From: Octopus bimaculoides
Lineage: Eukaryota
Assembly (NCBI RefSeq): GCF_001194135.2
Contig: NC_068987.1
Location: forward strand, 28,136,625 to 28,200,624
Direction of reading: 5' to 3'
DNA length: 64,000 nt
Shown here: positions 12,625-24,513 of the stretch, one piece after another
How positions within the stretch are numbered: position 1 is the stretch's first letter
How the letters are laid out: every line of letters begins with the position of its first letter
Position numbers and translations under genes: made by a program
The notes under the pieces: generated by a model
Told to the model about the DNA's origin: nothing
Databases searched by the model: none
What the model saw: only the letters and a program-made list of their open reading frames with translations

Positions 12625-13260
12625 ATCGGCATGACGTTCACCCATTCTTCTAGAAACTCTAGCTCTGCCATCTGCCACAGAAATGCAATATCGACTTTCG
12701 TCAGAGAAGACTACAGTCCTCCACTGCTGATGTCGTCCACTTCTGACATTTTTGAGCCCACCGCAGACGTGCCCGTCGATGACTATCTATGAAGATGGCG
12801 TCCCTAACCGGACGTCGACAAGATATATTGAAAGGTCTCAGCGGTGAACTGTCTCTGCACAAATGATTCTGTGGTGAGTCCCTATGGTCTACCTAGCTGA
12901 TTCCTTTGCCCTCCGGAATCGCTCTTGTAAGTGTTGTGGATGCAGGTGGCGATCTTGACGTGCTGTTGTAACCATAGTCAGCCACTGCGTGGACGATCAT
13001 CCATGCTGTTTGTGGCATTGTGTTGTTTCCTCAGCCACTCAATTGTCTGAATCCTGCTATTCAAGTTATTAGAAATGACCCATGGGCGTTGACCAGCGTT
13101 GAGACATTCGATGGCTTGCTCCTTCTGATTTCGTGTCAGCCCAGGCATGCTTGTTGTGTTCGTAAAGCAAATGACAGGTTGGTAAATTTGGGTACCGTTT
13201 CATGCCCAATGAGTTAACGTTTTGCACGTACATCATGCTTTTCATGAAGATGCGTTCGCG
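12625..13260 (-). mobile_element. Tc1-family DNA transposon, 5' half with transposase pseudogene (ATG at 13148)
   Basis: The minus strand reads MPGLTRNQKEQAIECLNAGQ...DDRPRSG*, then VTTARQDRHL...RFRRAKESAR, then RRPVRDAIF..SHRRARLRWAQ, then QWRTVVFSDESRYCISVADGRARVSRRMGERHAD. These are the Tc1 paired-like HTH, DRPRSGRP linker and FSDES first catalytic Asp. The frame is broken and truncated before the second D and the E. Confidence 0.93.
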
Positions 13261-14399
13261 AGCATTACCCTGTTCACGAAAAGTGAGCGAGTTCGAACCC
13301 TACATGCAATCCTTGTGCTTTCAAAAGAGAGTGGTATTGTGAGTCAGTGACATCTTCTTGATGTCAAATTATCTAGAAATGTGACAAAAGTCCATATAAT
13401 TTCAATATCGCGTGTCACACAAATAATCTTTTACAATGCAACGTTTCTTTTGTAGTTCAGTATATAAGGAAAATTTCGTGGTGGTCTTCCTAGTCTTTCG
13501 TGATCAGAATTTAATATTATGATTAAATGAATTCAAATTTACCCACTGTCGACTTTATCCTTTGGTAGCCGATCGATGAAATCAGATAGCTCTTTTCCTC
13601 AAAATTTCAGGTCAAGCGACTAAAGTAGAGAGAGTCAATCTGATATCAAATAACTAAAAATGTTTGACCCATTGTATTTGATTTTCTTGCAGAGTGCATT
13701 TCTGGACATTTTTCCTTAATCCTGATGATAAATATAGGGTTTGGGGAACGATTCTTTTATTGCTGTAGCACAAATATTTTGATAAAGCACTAATTTATCA
13801 TTGAGTGTACTATGGGACTTTACAGGAAAATATCATGAACGGTTTTATTGTATTATACAGAATAGAAAGACGCGATATTTATTTAACAAATAAATCAATT
13901 AACAAACAAGTTACGTTTAGTTGAATATTAATATCATTATTATTACGTAATAATAATTAAAGATGAGCGACTATAGTAGTGTCGGTGTGCTTTTAACGGT
14001 TAATGTTTCTCTCCGATATGTAATTCTTTTTAATTACAAAATACGATGATAGATAAAATCAGCAAGAGAAACTAAAATATATTGTATTTGCTACGGTTAA
14101 ATTTTTAACAAAAGCAATAGATAATTAAATACAAGTGAGGAAAAGGTTTTAGTGTGTATGTCTTCCTATTAGAACATTCACAGTATAGAAAAAGAAACCT
14201 ATTTGTAGTGTGTATGCTGAATGCTTCCAATCATCTTGATTTTTTACACCAGCAACACGGTGAATGTGTCTTTAATATAATATGTTTTAAAGTACAGATA
14301 AACGCAGATGACTGCTTTTAGTGATAGTAATACTGTGGAGATACTATTGCCTTATTGCGTTTAGCTAGAATTGTCTTCTTGGCAAGAGATACTATTATT

Positions 14400-14545
14400 G
14401 TTGTTCAGCCCCATGTCAACTCTGATCGAGCAGCTTTCTGGAGACGATTCAATGTTTTACACTTTTTAAAGAGAATAGGATGTGATCAGAAGGAGATTTA
14501 GTTGATATTTTTAGCATGTTGGACGACTATTTAGAGGTTCTTTCG
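14400..14545 (+). repeat. Family D short interspersed repeat
   Basis: 'ttgttcagccccatgtcaactctgatcgagcag...aataggatgtgatcagaaggagatttagttgatatttttagcatg'. Confidence 0.55.
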
Positions 14546-16584
14546 TCGATTTATCTATGCAAGAGTCATGAAGTGCGAAAGGAAGATCTTTGACAACTAC
14601 AACAATAGCAAATAATTCACTGAAATGTATTTATTGCGAAAGCTTGATTAACGAATAACTGAAAAATGCTCGAATCGAATTTAAAACACGTTAAAGTGAC
14701 TTTCTAAAGAAGATATCAGAGAAGGTGATATATTAAGTGAAGAAGAAACCGTTTCAATAAACGAAAGAAAAAATTCTGTACAACATTAGTAATTGCTTAC
14801 GAGAAGATGGCATTTTTGTGGACATCGGAACCGGTTCGATAAATGATTACTAATTCACTTTGATATTTTGCTGAAGCTAGGAATAATCAAAAGCCATTTT
14901 GTTTTAACTATTTTTCTAAGCTGCTTGATTTTCTAATCAAGAATGTTTGAAGTTATGTAAAGTTGCACTTGTTATTCATATCTTCTGTCAACCTCATAGG
15001 TATTGTAGAGAAATACAATTTATCTAACATAAAATTCTCGTTACATTACTAACATAATTAAGCATTATGTCTTTGTGGTTGTATTAACAATAAGTTTTTC
15101 AGATACATGATTGGTTGTTGCTTCTACCAGATATATTGTTCCGTTGACATGGATACATATTGGAGGTTGTTATATATAAATGTTTTTGACAGATTTAGTT
15201 TGTGTAACGTTTAAAGAACAGTCAATATTATATATAGGAAAGTGATAATAAAATACGAAATACAGTACATACAGTATTGAAATGTTGAAGCTAAGCCATA
15301 GATGCATGAAAGATTCGGAAATGAACAATGCGAACGCTTGCTGAGGCTGAGAAACACCTATCTGAGGATCGCGAGATATTATTTACATTTGAATACGTAA
15401 CTGAATTAAGTACAATGTGATAAGGCTGTATTAATTAACATTTTATTAAATATAATTTGATTAAATATAACTTACTTCTTGATAGAATTTTATCAACACT
15501 CTGTACCCAATTTTTTTCTGTACAACCTTATAATATTTAAAGTAGGATTTTCATTCACATAGAATTTGTTGAGGGTTTGGAATAACTAAAAGTAATTCTA
15601 TGAGTAATTCTTAATATAATTATTAGAAAATCTGTATTAAGAAAAGATGCAGTTAATCTATGTCAACAGATTCAAAATGAAAGGAGTGAAATGGAATCGG
15701 ATAGGAAAAATACGATTTAATCTGAATAGAAGATGAAGTAAAATCTTTCAAATGTGGTAAAACAAATTAATGGAAGGTTTCTCATTAAAGATCAATTTTA
15801 TAGGTTTTAAGGAAATGATACAATGTAAGATGTTATAAAATGCATTTATAATGAATGTACGACTCTAATTGCTGAGATGATTATTCAGCATAATGACATT
15901 TAATGATGTCTTTATTAAGGTGTGTACTAACAATTCATTATTATTCTTTTAGAAACTTAAACATTACGAAATGATATTTTTCAACTGATCTATTCATTAA
16001 TTCTTAGGAATTAATGAAAATAACAAAGCACACGGGTATTTTATTCAATTTCAAGTGAAGTAAAAGCACTTAAGACATTAAAGGATTCAATCTGATTATG
16101 AGGTGGGGATCACCTGCACGGCAAGCTACAGTATGTTATGAATGTAAACTTCACAATGTAAAGCTGTAGTTCTTATTCTTTTTGACTTTCTAGTGCATTG
16201 CATATCAAATACAAAATTATTGGTGCGATTCATGTGAAAGAAACATCTATGAATTAAAGTTGAAAATTTAAGAAAATATGAATAATTTATCTTGTTTAGT
16301 CAAAATTTCAATAGACACAAATATTAGTATAGGTTTTCTAAGGCTTTAAATTATATTTTCAGTTATTTGCGATGCTTTTAGATACTCTTCGGGGCACACA
16401 ATTTGAAAACTTGTCATGTGAAGTGTATCATCCTGCAGGCAACATATCGACATTAATAAAGAAGTATTATGATATATAGGATTATGTGCGCTATCAAGAC
16501 ATTGCAAAAATAACCTAAATAATGAACTCTTTTCGGTGACAATAACAACATTTAAATAAAGCCGGTTAAATATTTCTACGTACA

Positions 16585-18670
16585 GTGATTTCAAATTTTG
16601 GCACAAAGACAGCAATTTCGGAGGAGGGGGCAAGTTGATTACAGCAGCCCCATTTCTGGACTGGTAGGTTTTTTTGTTTTTTTTTGTCGGTCCCGAAAGG
16701 ATGAAAAGTAAAGTCGACTCAGAATGTAAAGACGGACGAAATGCCGCTAAGCATTTATCTCAGCGTGGCAGCGATTCTACCAGCTCACCGCCTAAATTAC
16801 TCTCTCTCTCTCTCTCTCTCTCTGTATATATATATATATATATATATATTGGGAATATAATATCGTATCATGTAGAGACAAGTTGTTTATCCTTATACAT
16901 GTTTCCATTAGACACACGCTACAATCCAACCATAACAGATGTTTATAATAAAAGACCAGAAATTTAAGGAAGGATTAAATTGATGCCGGTGCTTGACTGG
17001 AACATCATTTTATCGATCCCCAAAAGAATGAAAAACAAAACTGAACTCTGCGGGATTTGAACCCAGGGTGTAAAGGCTTACATCAACTACTGCACGAAGT
17101 AGTTGTTCTCAAAGTGTGGGACACTACTCTCTATGCCCAATCAGGTAGTTGTCTTAACTAGGGGACGGAAAACGCGGAAAAAATATGTGACCAGATAGTT
17201 CAGTGATCTGAATGGAATACGACGCAGCTAAAATAAGCAGAAGGCACGTTATCCTGCGTTCTTCTTGCCTTGTTTATCTACCAACATTTTATTGGTAATG
17301 ATTTCTACTCTATGCACAAGGACAGCAATTTTGAGGGGAGTGGATTAGTTGATGCTATTCTATTACACTAACAATCGTGATGAGTTCTAGCATAGAATAA
17401 AAATTACATATTTGACTGTATTCTTCATTGTATGCCTCCCAGAGGGATGACAGGTAAAATGTGAACTCAGAACATAAAAAGTCGGAGGAAGTACCACAGA
17501 CGATAACATTTTTCCTGCCGTTCTAACGATTCTACCAGCTTATCACCTAGACTGGTAGCTCAACTCGTTTGCTAGTAATACTGATATTATGACTCATACT
17601 ACTGTTCCTAATTTAGGCCAGAAATTTTGAGGAGCAGGGTAGTCGTTACTATCGATTCAAGTACTTGATTGGTACTTTATTTCATCGACCCTGGAAAGAA
17701 GAAGGCAAGTTGACTTCGACTGGATTTAAGTGTAGAACGTTAAAAGCTGGAATGAATGCTACAAATCCTTTTTGCCGAAGCCATAATGATTTTGTCAGCT
17801 CACTTCAAAATAATAATGATCATGACTCAAAATCTTTGTTCAACCCCCGGGGGGGGGGGGTTAGGTCGAATACATTGCCTTCAGTGTGCAACTAGTACCC
17901 AAATTCGAACTTAGAACGTAAAGAGAGACAAAATGCCTCTAAGTATTTCACCTGGCGAGCTAATGATTCTGCCATCTCGCTGCAATAATAATAATAATAA
18001 TGACAATAATAATGATAATAATAATCATGGTTTCAAATTTTACCACAATGGTAGCAATTTTGGGGAGGGGATGAGACAATTACATCGACTCCAGTGTTCA
18101 ATTGGTACTTATTTTATCAACCCCGAAGAGATGAAAGGCAAAGACGACCTCGGAGGAATTTTAAGCCCGAACGTATCGAAGGGCGAAATACTACCTAAGC
18201 ATTTCGCCCGGCGTACTAACGATTTTGTCGACTCACCGTCGTCATAATAATAATAAATGATAATTATAATTATAATTATAATAACATTAACAATAAAAAT
18301 AATCCTTTCTATTATAAACACAAGGCCTGAAATCTGGGGGAGGGGTAAGTCGATTATATCGATCTCAGCACTCAACTGGTAGTTAAATTATCGACCTCAA
18401 AAGGATGAAAGGCAAAGTCGACTTCGGTGGAATTTGAACTCAGAACGTAGCGACGGGCGAAATACCGCTAAGCATTCCATCCAGCGTGCTAACAATGCAT
18501 CCAGCTCGCTGCCTTCATAATAATAATAATGATCCCTTCTACTGGAGGCACAAAGCCTCAAATTTGGTGGGAGGGGAGTAGTCGATTACATTGACCCCAG
18601 TGTTTACTGGTACTTAATACCGCTAAGCATTCCGTCCAGCGTGATAACGATTCTACCAGCTCGCCACCTT
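16585..18670 (-). mobile_element. Cluster of about 8 same-orientation SINE family A copies, several separated by (TAA)n
   Basis: Repeated tail-core-head units start near 16585, 16975, 17300, 17600, 17830, 18025, 18300 and 18535. The copy at 18310-18515 is close to consensus ('aggatgaaaggcaaagtcgacttcggtggaatttgaactcagaacgtagcgacgggcgaaataccgctaagcatt'). Confidence 0.85.
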
Positions 18671-19399
18671 AATAATAATAGTAATAATAATAGTAATAAT
18701 AATAATAATAATGATAATAATAACAATAATAACAACAACAGAATATTAATAATATTCAATGTAAAATTCACTTGTACAATTGCATAAAGCACATACACAT
18801 TTGAATGCATAGGCATGCACACAAACATACATACCCACGTGCGCATGCACACATACACACGGAAGTATGTTTGTATGTATCTGTTATATAGATAGTTATT
18901 AATAAAAAAAACTATATAATTTGATGTAAAGATATCAAAATGTTTGAAGAAAATCCATTATACTTGCACCTGCAAAATTCATTATATTTGCACCTGCAAG
19001 GAATCTTCAAGGTAGTTATTGAACAACTACAACGTAGCAAGTATATTCAAATTACAAAAAAAAAAAAAAGTCCCTGATCGAAAAAAAAAAATGTAGCCAT
19101 GCTTTAAATCCTAAACGATTGAAAACCGATCCTTTCATTAAATACAGAAATACTGACGACTAGAACGTTATTATTTACTCGAATGCGACCTGCAACTATA
19201 AACCAAAAATCCATCATGAATGACTGGTTAGTTAATTCTCCTCGGAACCGCATCAGTTTGAGTTCAATCCCACTGTGCAGTACTGCGTTTGAGTGAGTGA
19301 TATCTAGCCGAACCTCAGATAGACTCATGTTCTTTGTATCCAATTTTTTTTTTGTGGAATGTAAAAGATGGAAATGTATGGAAAGCTGTCACACACACA

Positions 19400-19438
<39 letters not shown>

Positions 19439-20585
19439 ACACCCACACCGCTGAGTAAGTGTGACCTTAAAATAGTAGCATCATCTCTAAAAGTACTGTG
19501 TATACGAGATAAATAACTTAATAAAGCTATACAATATGGTGTTTGTTAAACAATTTAGTTCATTCACTTTCTATAATAAATTGCCAGTATTCAGGTTTGA
19601 AAAGTCTCTGATGTAGCTTTGTATATTAGTTGACATCAAACATTCTTCGGATTTTTCTGTGTCGTTTAAAGCTGTAGCTCTGCTCTCTTAGCCACCTTCA
19701 TTCAGCAAACTTTCATGAAAAGAAAAATTCATGAACCGATTTTCTTTTCAAATATGAGATGGTAGCATACGAAATTCTTTCTTGGTAGAGAGGGAAACAG
19801 AGAAAAAGCGGGAGAAAGAATTTTATTAAAATCTCCTTGAAGCTATACTGAGGCTGAATGGCAACAGTAATTTCATTTTTTGTTCCCCTTTTCTCTTTTT
19901 AATGGCTCCCCCTTTTGGCTAAACGACGTTTTACTCCGAAATATTTGCTATTATCAAGGGAAAGGAATGAAATAAATTGAAGAACAAACGCAGAACTGTA
20001 CTGCATGGCTTTATGAAATCATTCCATCTTGCGTAAACAGTACTTCAGGAGATACTCCAACTATTTTAGTTTACATTTACACAGATTTTCCCCCAGACGA
20101 GTAACCATGAAGATTAGAAAAGTAAGTGGGAGAAGAAAATCAAGAGTTCAGTATTGAAGAAAGCATTTGAACAATAGCGTTTCGGTTATGACGAACACGT
20201 CTTTATTTCAGTTATGGTATATTTACAACTACATTATCTTATGTAAACCTCACTCATTAAGACCGTTGAACATGGTGTTATTGAAATTTGACTGCTATTT
20301 TGTGAAGTTTGAGGGACTGCACACTTGTGATTTAACCTCAGGTGAATTCTGAGTACATTATGACCAAGGGTGTTCCAAATGCGACCACTCCCTCTTTATT
20401 TTATACACCGTATGTATCTACAATTATCGTGTCCAACGAATACTTCTTTTCTTTTTAAGATAACAGAGTGTGATATAAAGGAGATTTGGCTGCTATTTCA
20501 AGCAAGCTGACCGTTCATGTGGATGTCCCTTCCTTGTCTCCTCTACACACCGACGTTACAGAGCATTGATATTCAACAACTTGTT

Positions 20586-20778
20586 CAGTGGTTCTCAACC
20601 TGGGGTCCGTGGACCCCTGGTGGTCTGCAATAGTAGTACTGGGGGGTCCGTGAATTAAATTCAAAATTTCATTTACATATATATGTATATAAATATATTT
20701 ATATACATACATAAGGATAAGCATATTAAAAGTGGTCAGCGGAAAAAAATATTTAAATAAAAGGGTTGGGAACCACTG
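20586..20778. mobile_element. hAT (Charlie/MER5-like) MITE
   Basis: TIRs cagtggttctcaacc (20586) and ggttgggaaccactg (ending 20778). Flanks aacttgtt and aactagtt form an 8-bp TSD with one mismatch, as expected for hAT. Confidence 0.9.
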
Positions 20779-20904
20779 AACTAGTTGAACACTTATAGCC
20801 AGACCGCATACGTTCATTTATATAACTCCGTTTCAGCAATACTGAACCTCGGTAATTTAAGAGAAGTCTTTTTGTTAAATTATAATACAATTATTATTAT
20901 TATT

Positions 20905-21100
20905 AAAGACGGTGAGCCGGCGGAATCGTTATTACGCCGGGCAAAGGGCTTAGCGGCATTTCGTCCGTCTATACGTTCTGAGTTGAAAATCCACCGAGGT
21001 TGACTTTGCCTTTCATCATTCTGGGGTCTATGAAGTAAGTACCAGTCGACTATCCCCACTCCCCACAAATTGCAGGACGTTTGCCTATTGCAGAAAGGAT
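20905..21100 (+). mobile_element. SINE family A copy
   Basis: 'ggtgagccggcggaatcgtt...gcttagcggcatttcgtccg..tacgttctgagttgaaaatccaccgaggttgactttgcctttcatc'; preceded by (TTA)n and followed by (TAA)n. Confidence 0.88.
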
Positions 21101-21101
21101 G

Positions 21102-21158
<57 letters not shown>

Positions 21159-21712
21159 GCCCGAAATTGGCACAACGCGAATATAAAAGATGCCACGACA
21201 ATGTGGCAAGAACGATCCATTGAGAGCTCTGTGGAAATCACGGCCTACAAAGAGCAAAGACGAGGTATGAGCAAACCCCAAAAGGATTCACCGAAAATCA
21301 GAATTACAAAATCTACAGGGATGCAATGATCCAGTGCGATCACCCGACCAGATCGGAAACCGGACACTGCTGTGGTAAATAAAAAAAAGAACATGTATGG
21401 TAATCGATATAGCACGCCCAGGTGACAACAAGATAAAATAAACAACTATGACGATTTGAAGTGGGAAATGCGAAGGTTGTGGTCAATGAAGAGAGAAGTT
21501 GGATGACTTGGAAGTATTAATACTGAACTACCAGCGTGGCTGAAAAAGATTGGTGCAAGTTTGAAGGTAGAACACCTAGAAAAATTAGCATTGCTTGGAA
21601 CTGCAAGAATTCTTCGCAGGGTTCTTGAAGCATGACCAGTAAACAAATGTTACCTTAGTGTGCTGACTGTGGACAGCTGACACTCTCCATCATACACAGC
21701 AAAATAAGCTGT
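21159..21712 (+). mobile_element. Dong/R4-clade non-LTR retrotransposon, 5'-truncated copy A (C-terminal endonuclease region plus 3' UTR)
   Basis: PKLAQREYKRCHDNVARTIH*ELCGNHGLQRAKTRYEQTPKGFTENQNYKIYRDAMIQCDH, RKPDTAVVNK, CMVIDIARPGDNK, YDDLKWEMRRLW, LALLGTARILRRVLEA*. This is the PD..D/E restriction-like endonuclease signature; flanked by (TAA)n and (TGA/TAA)n. Confidence 0.9.
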
Positions 21713-21756
21713 GATGATGATGATGATGATGATAATAATAATAATAATAATAGTAA

Positions 21757-22407
21757 TGCCCGAAATTGGTACAACGCGAATACAAAAGATGTCATGACAA
21801 TGTGGCAACAATGATCAATCAAAACAGTATTTACAACAGAAAATATGTAAACACTACACAATCAGCACTCCTACTTACTGGTACGAACATCACCCTGAGC
21901 TAGTAGTTGAAGGTAAAAAACAACACAGACTGAACGATCCAGGTTAATCGACCAGATATAATTATTAAAGACAGGGAAGAAAAGACTTGTACACTAATAC
22001 ATGTAACTGTTCCCACTGATAAAAATAATCTCTCTCAAGGAATTTGACAAACTAAGTAAATATAAGGACCTGCAAATTTAAATACAAAAGATGAGGCATC
22101 TTAAAACGCGAAATGTTCCTGTTATTGTAGGTGCGCTATGTATGATAAAAAGGGATGTCAGAAGCATCTCGATAAGATCCCAGGAGAACCATGTCTCAGA
22201 GAAATCCAAAAGATTGTGCTGACAATTACTGCCCACAACCTTAGAAAAACCCTATCAATTTAAATGTCTGTGTTGTATTGCATGAAGATATTTCACTACT
22301 TCCCTTCCGCAAGCTTTCAGTCATACTGTAACATCTCTTATCCTTCACTCGCTCCAGGACGCTGGGTATGCCTCGGCTAGTGACTGCAACAAACATGCAG
22401 ATTAAAA

Positions 22408-22408
<1 letters not shown>
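21757..22408 (+). mobile_element. Dong/R4-clade non-LTR retrotransposon, 5'-truncated copy B (different subfamily, A-like first ~60 bp)
   Basis: CPKLVQREYKRCHDNVATM, QYLQQKICKHY...YWYEHHPELVVEG, NRPDIIIKDREEKTCTLIHVTVPTD, KEFDKLSKYKDL, VPVIVGAL, EIQKIVLTITAHNLRKTLSI*; ends in (TAA)n at 22409. Confidence 0.9.
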
Positions 22409-22478
<70 letters not shown>

Positions 22479-22510
22479 CACCATTTTTATTATTATTTTC
22501 ATTATTATTA
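22409..22510. repeat. (TAA)n followed by (TTA)n microsatellite
   Basis: Direct reading. Confidence 0.95.
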
Positions 22511-24368
22511 TTATTTCTTATCGTCACAGTGCTTCTGTTATATATATATGTGTCTACACGAACAACTCAGCAAAAAAGCAATTTATGTATCTTTTACTTT
22601 CTTCGGCTTTCTCTAAGTTACATCATCTTCCAATGATCGCTTCATTTCATCTCATTTCAAATTATTTGTCGATATGATCTTTCGGCTTTTTCAGTATTTA
22701 TTACCTCTCTGTTTATTATTTTTTCTTTTACATCACCATCTAGCTTTCTTGAAATTTACTATTCTCCGAGTATCTTATTTTGATTTCTCCTGCACTCTTT
22801 ATCCTGCTTCACATGTTTAATCCTCCATATAGATTTTTCTTCCCCCTTTTTTTTTCCATCTGTATTTTAAATTTCACTTTCTGCTCTTCCTTACATTCAT
22901 TTCAGTATCTGTCCATATCAGACACTCATTAGCTAGCTTTTTTTCCCCATTATTTTTCTTTTCTTTATAGCTATCTCTTCGTTGATTCCATGCACGTTGT
23001 CGACAGACAGCCAAATATCATCTGTCAAACTATATTTCTTTACATTTATGTCTAAAAATGAAACGAAAAAAAAAAATCAGAAAAGAAAAAAGATAATCAA
23101 AATTTGTTTATTCTATGGCAAATTGGCATTAAGGTGAGAATCGATCGTTATTTGTACAAATGGGCCAAACAACAGTGTCTCAATAACAACTGTTTCCTGC
23201 CTTGCACACTAACGCACGCGCGAGCACATACGCCATACGGACACACACATACACAAGCGCAAATATGAAAAATTGTGTGCACACTCATGTGCACATATAT
23301 ACAGATATGTATGCATATATGGTTGTACGTATGTATACATGTATGTATATATGAACATATATATGTGTGTGTGTGTGTAGGATTGTAAGGGTTGCATTGA
23401 AAAGACGACTGTGTTGTAGATTTATCACTTTCATTAGGTCTGTTTAAAACTGTGGGAACTATAAAGTTCCAAAATCAACGATCAACGCTTCTAGATCTTA
23501 TCAGCATCAGAATGAATTCATGCGAGGATGTCGTGTGTTAGTGTCACTTTACTGTCGAAAGACTTAATGTGACGAATTGGTGTAGACATTAACCTGTAAT
23601 TTTGATTTTGACCGATAGATATATGTCACATCAGTTCGTAGTTAATTGTTGTAGTTAAGGTGCTTACCCGCCGACTCCCCGTGCCCTTGTATCAATGATA
23701 GTTATAACGCAACTAGACACGAAACAGAACTAGGTGGGGAGACATTAGAGGATAGTACATCTGTAACTTACAGAATTCCCTTCAACTATAGACGATTAAC
23801 GATAGAAACAACACACATGACGCAGTATAATGTTAAAATAAACACACAGACAAAAATCGCTAGCCACAAACAAAAACAAACTCTTGATTGATGATGTTTG
23901 AAAGAATCTGCTAGAATTCAAGTTCTTGTGAACCAGAATGAGGGCAGGCGTAACTATATAGTAAGAAGTTTCTTTCTCAACCATATGCTTCTGAGTTCAG
24001 TCCCACAGCGTTACACTTTGGGCAAGTAACGTCCGCTTTTGCCTTAGGTCGATTAAAGCCTTGTGAGTGGATCTGGTAAACAAAAATTGAAAGTAATCCG
24101 TCGTATATATATATTTATATTATTTTGCTTAAAAGAGTTCCAACACTGTCTGTTTTTTATGTTTTATTTATATTCCTGCAGAACTAATGTGGGGTATAGA
24201 ATATGGAATATACAATATATAATATGATATACAATATACAATATAAAATAAAATAAAATAAAAATGGATGGCACCATGAAAGAAAGTATTGAATGTAGAT
24301 GAAATATTGAGTGTTCAATATAAAGGATCAAATATATAAATATATAAATATAAATATATATATATAAA

Positions 24369-24408
24369 GGCGACTCGAGTTTCAGGGCTATTTCCCTTCG
24401 TCATGGCC
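24369..24408 (-). ncRNA. Minimal type I hammerhead ribozyme motif (Penelope pLTR type), one-nucleotide insertion in the core
   Basis: The minus strand reads GGC-C(A)UGACGA-AGGG[AAAUAG]CCCU-GAAA-C[UCGA]G-UC^-GCC: stem I GGC/GCC, CUGANGA box with an extra A, 4-bp stem II, GAAA box, short stem III with palindromic loop, GUC cleavage triplet. Confidence 0.65.
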
Positions 24409-24477
24409 GGTATGACAGACTTTAACAGACTGTAATAAGTTGGCTGGTTTTCTGTCTTTTATAAAAGNNNNNNNNNN

Positions 24478-24513
24478 ATGACGAAGGGAAATAGCCCTGA
24501 AACTCGAGTCGCC
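24478..24513 (+). ncRNA. Second copy of the hammerhead motif (stem I 5' strand lost in the N gap)
   Basis: 'atgacgaagggaaatagccctgaaactcgagtcgcc' directly follows the gap. Confidence 0.55.

Noticed and set aside
14713-16485. Several short protein-like frames next to AG/GT sites on both strands (e.g. EDIREGDILSEEETV, DTLRGTQFENLSCEVYHP, SAKYQSELVIIYRTG)
   Set aside because: They occur equally on both strands, have no recognisable homology, and are within chance expectation for 25-30 codon frames.
16585-18740. Repeat-spacer-like array suggestive of CRISPR
   Set aside because: Units are ~200-bp diverged SINEs with microsatellite spacers in a eukaryotic genome; no cas genes.
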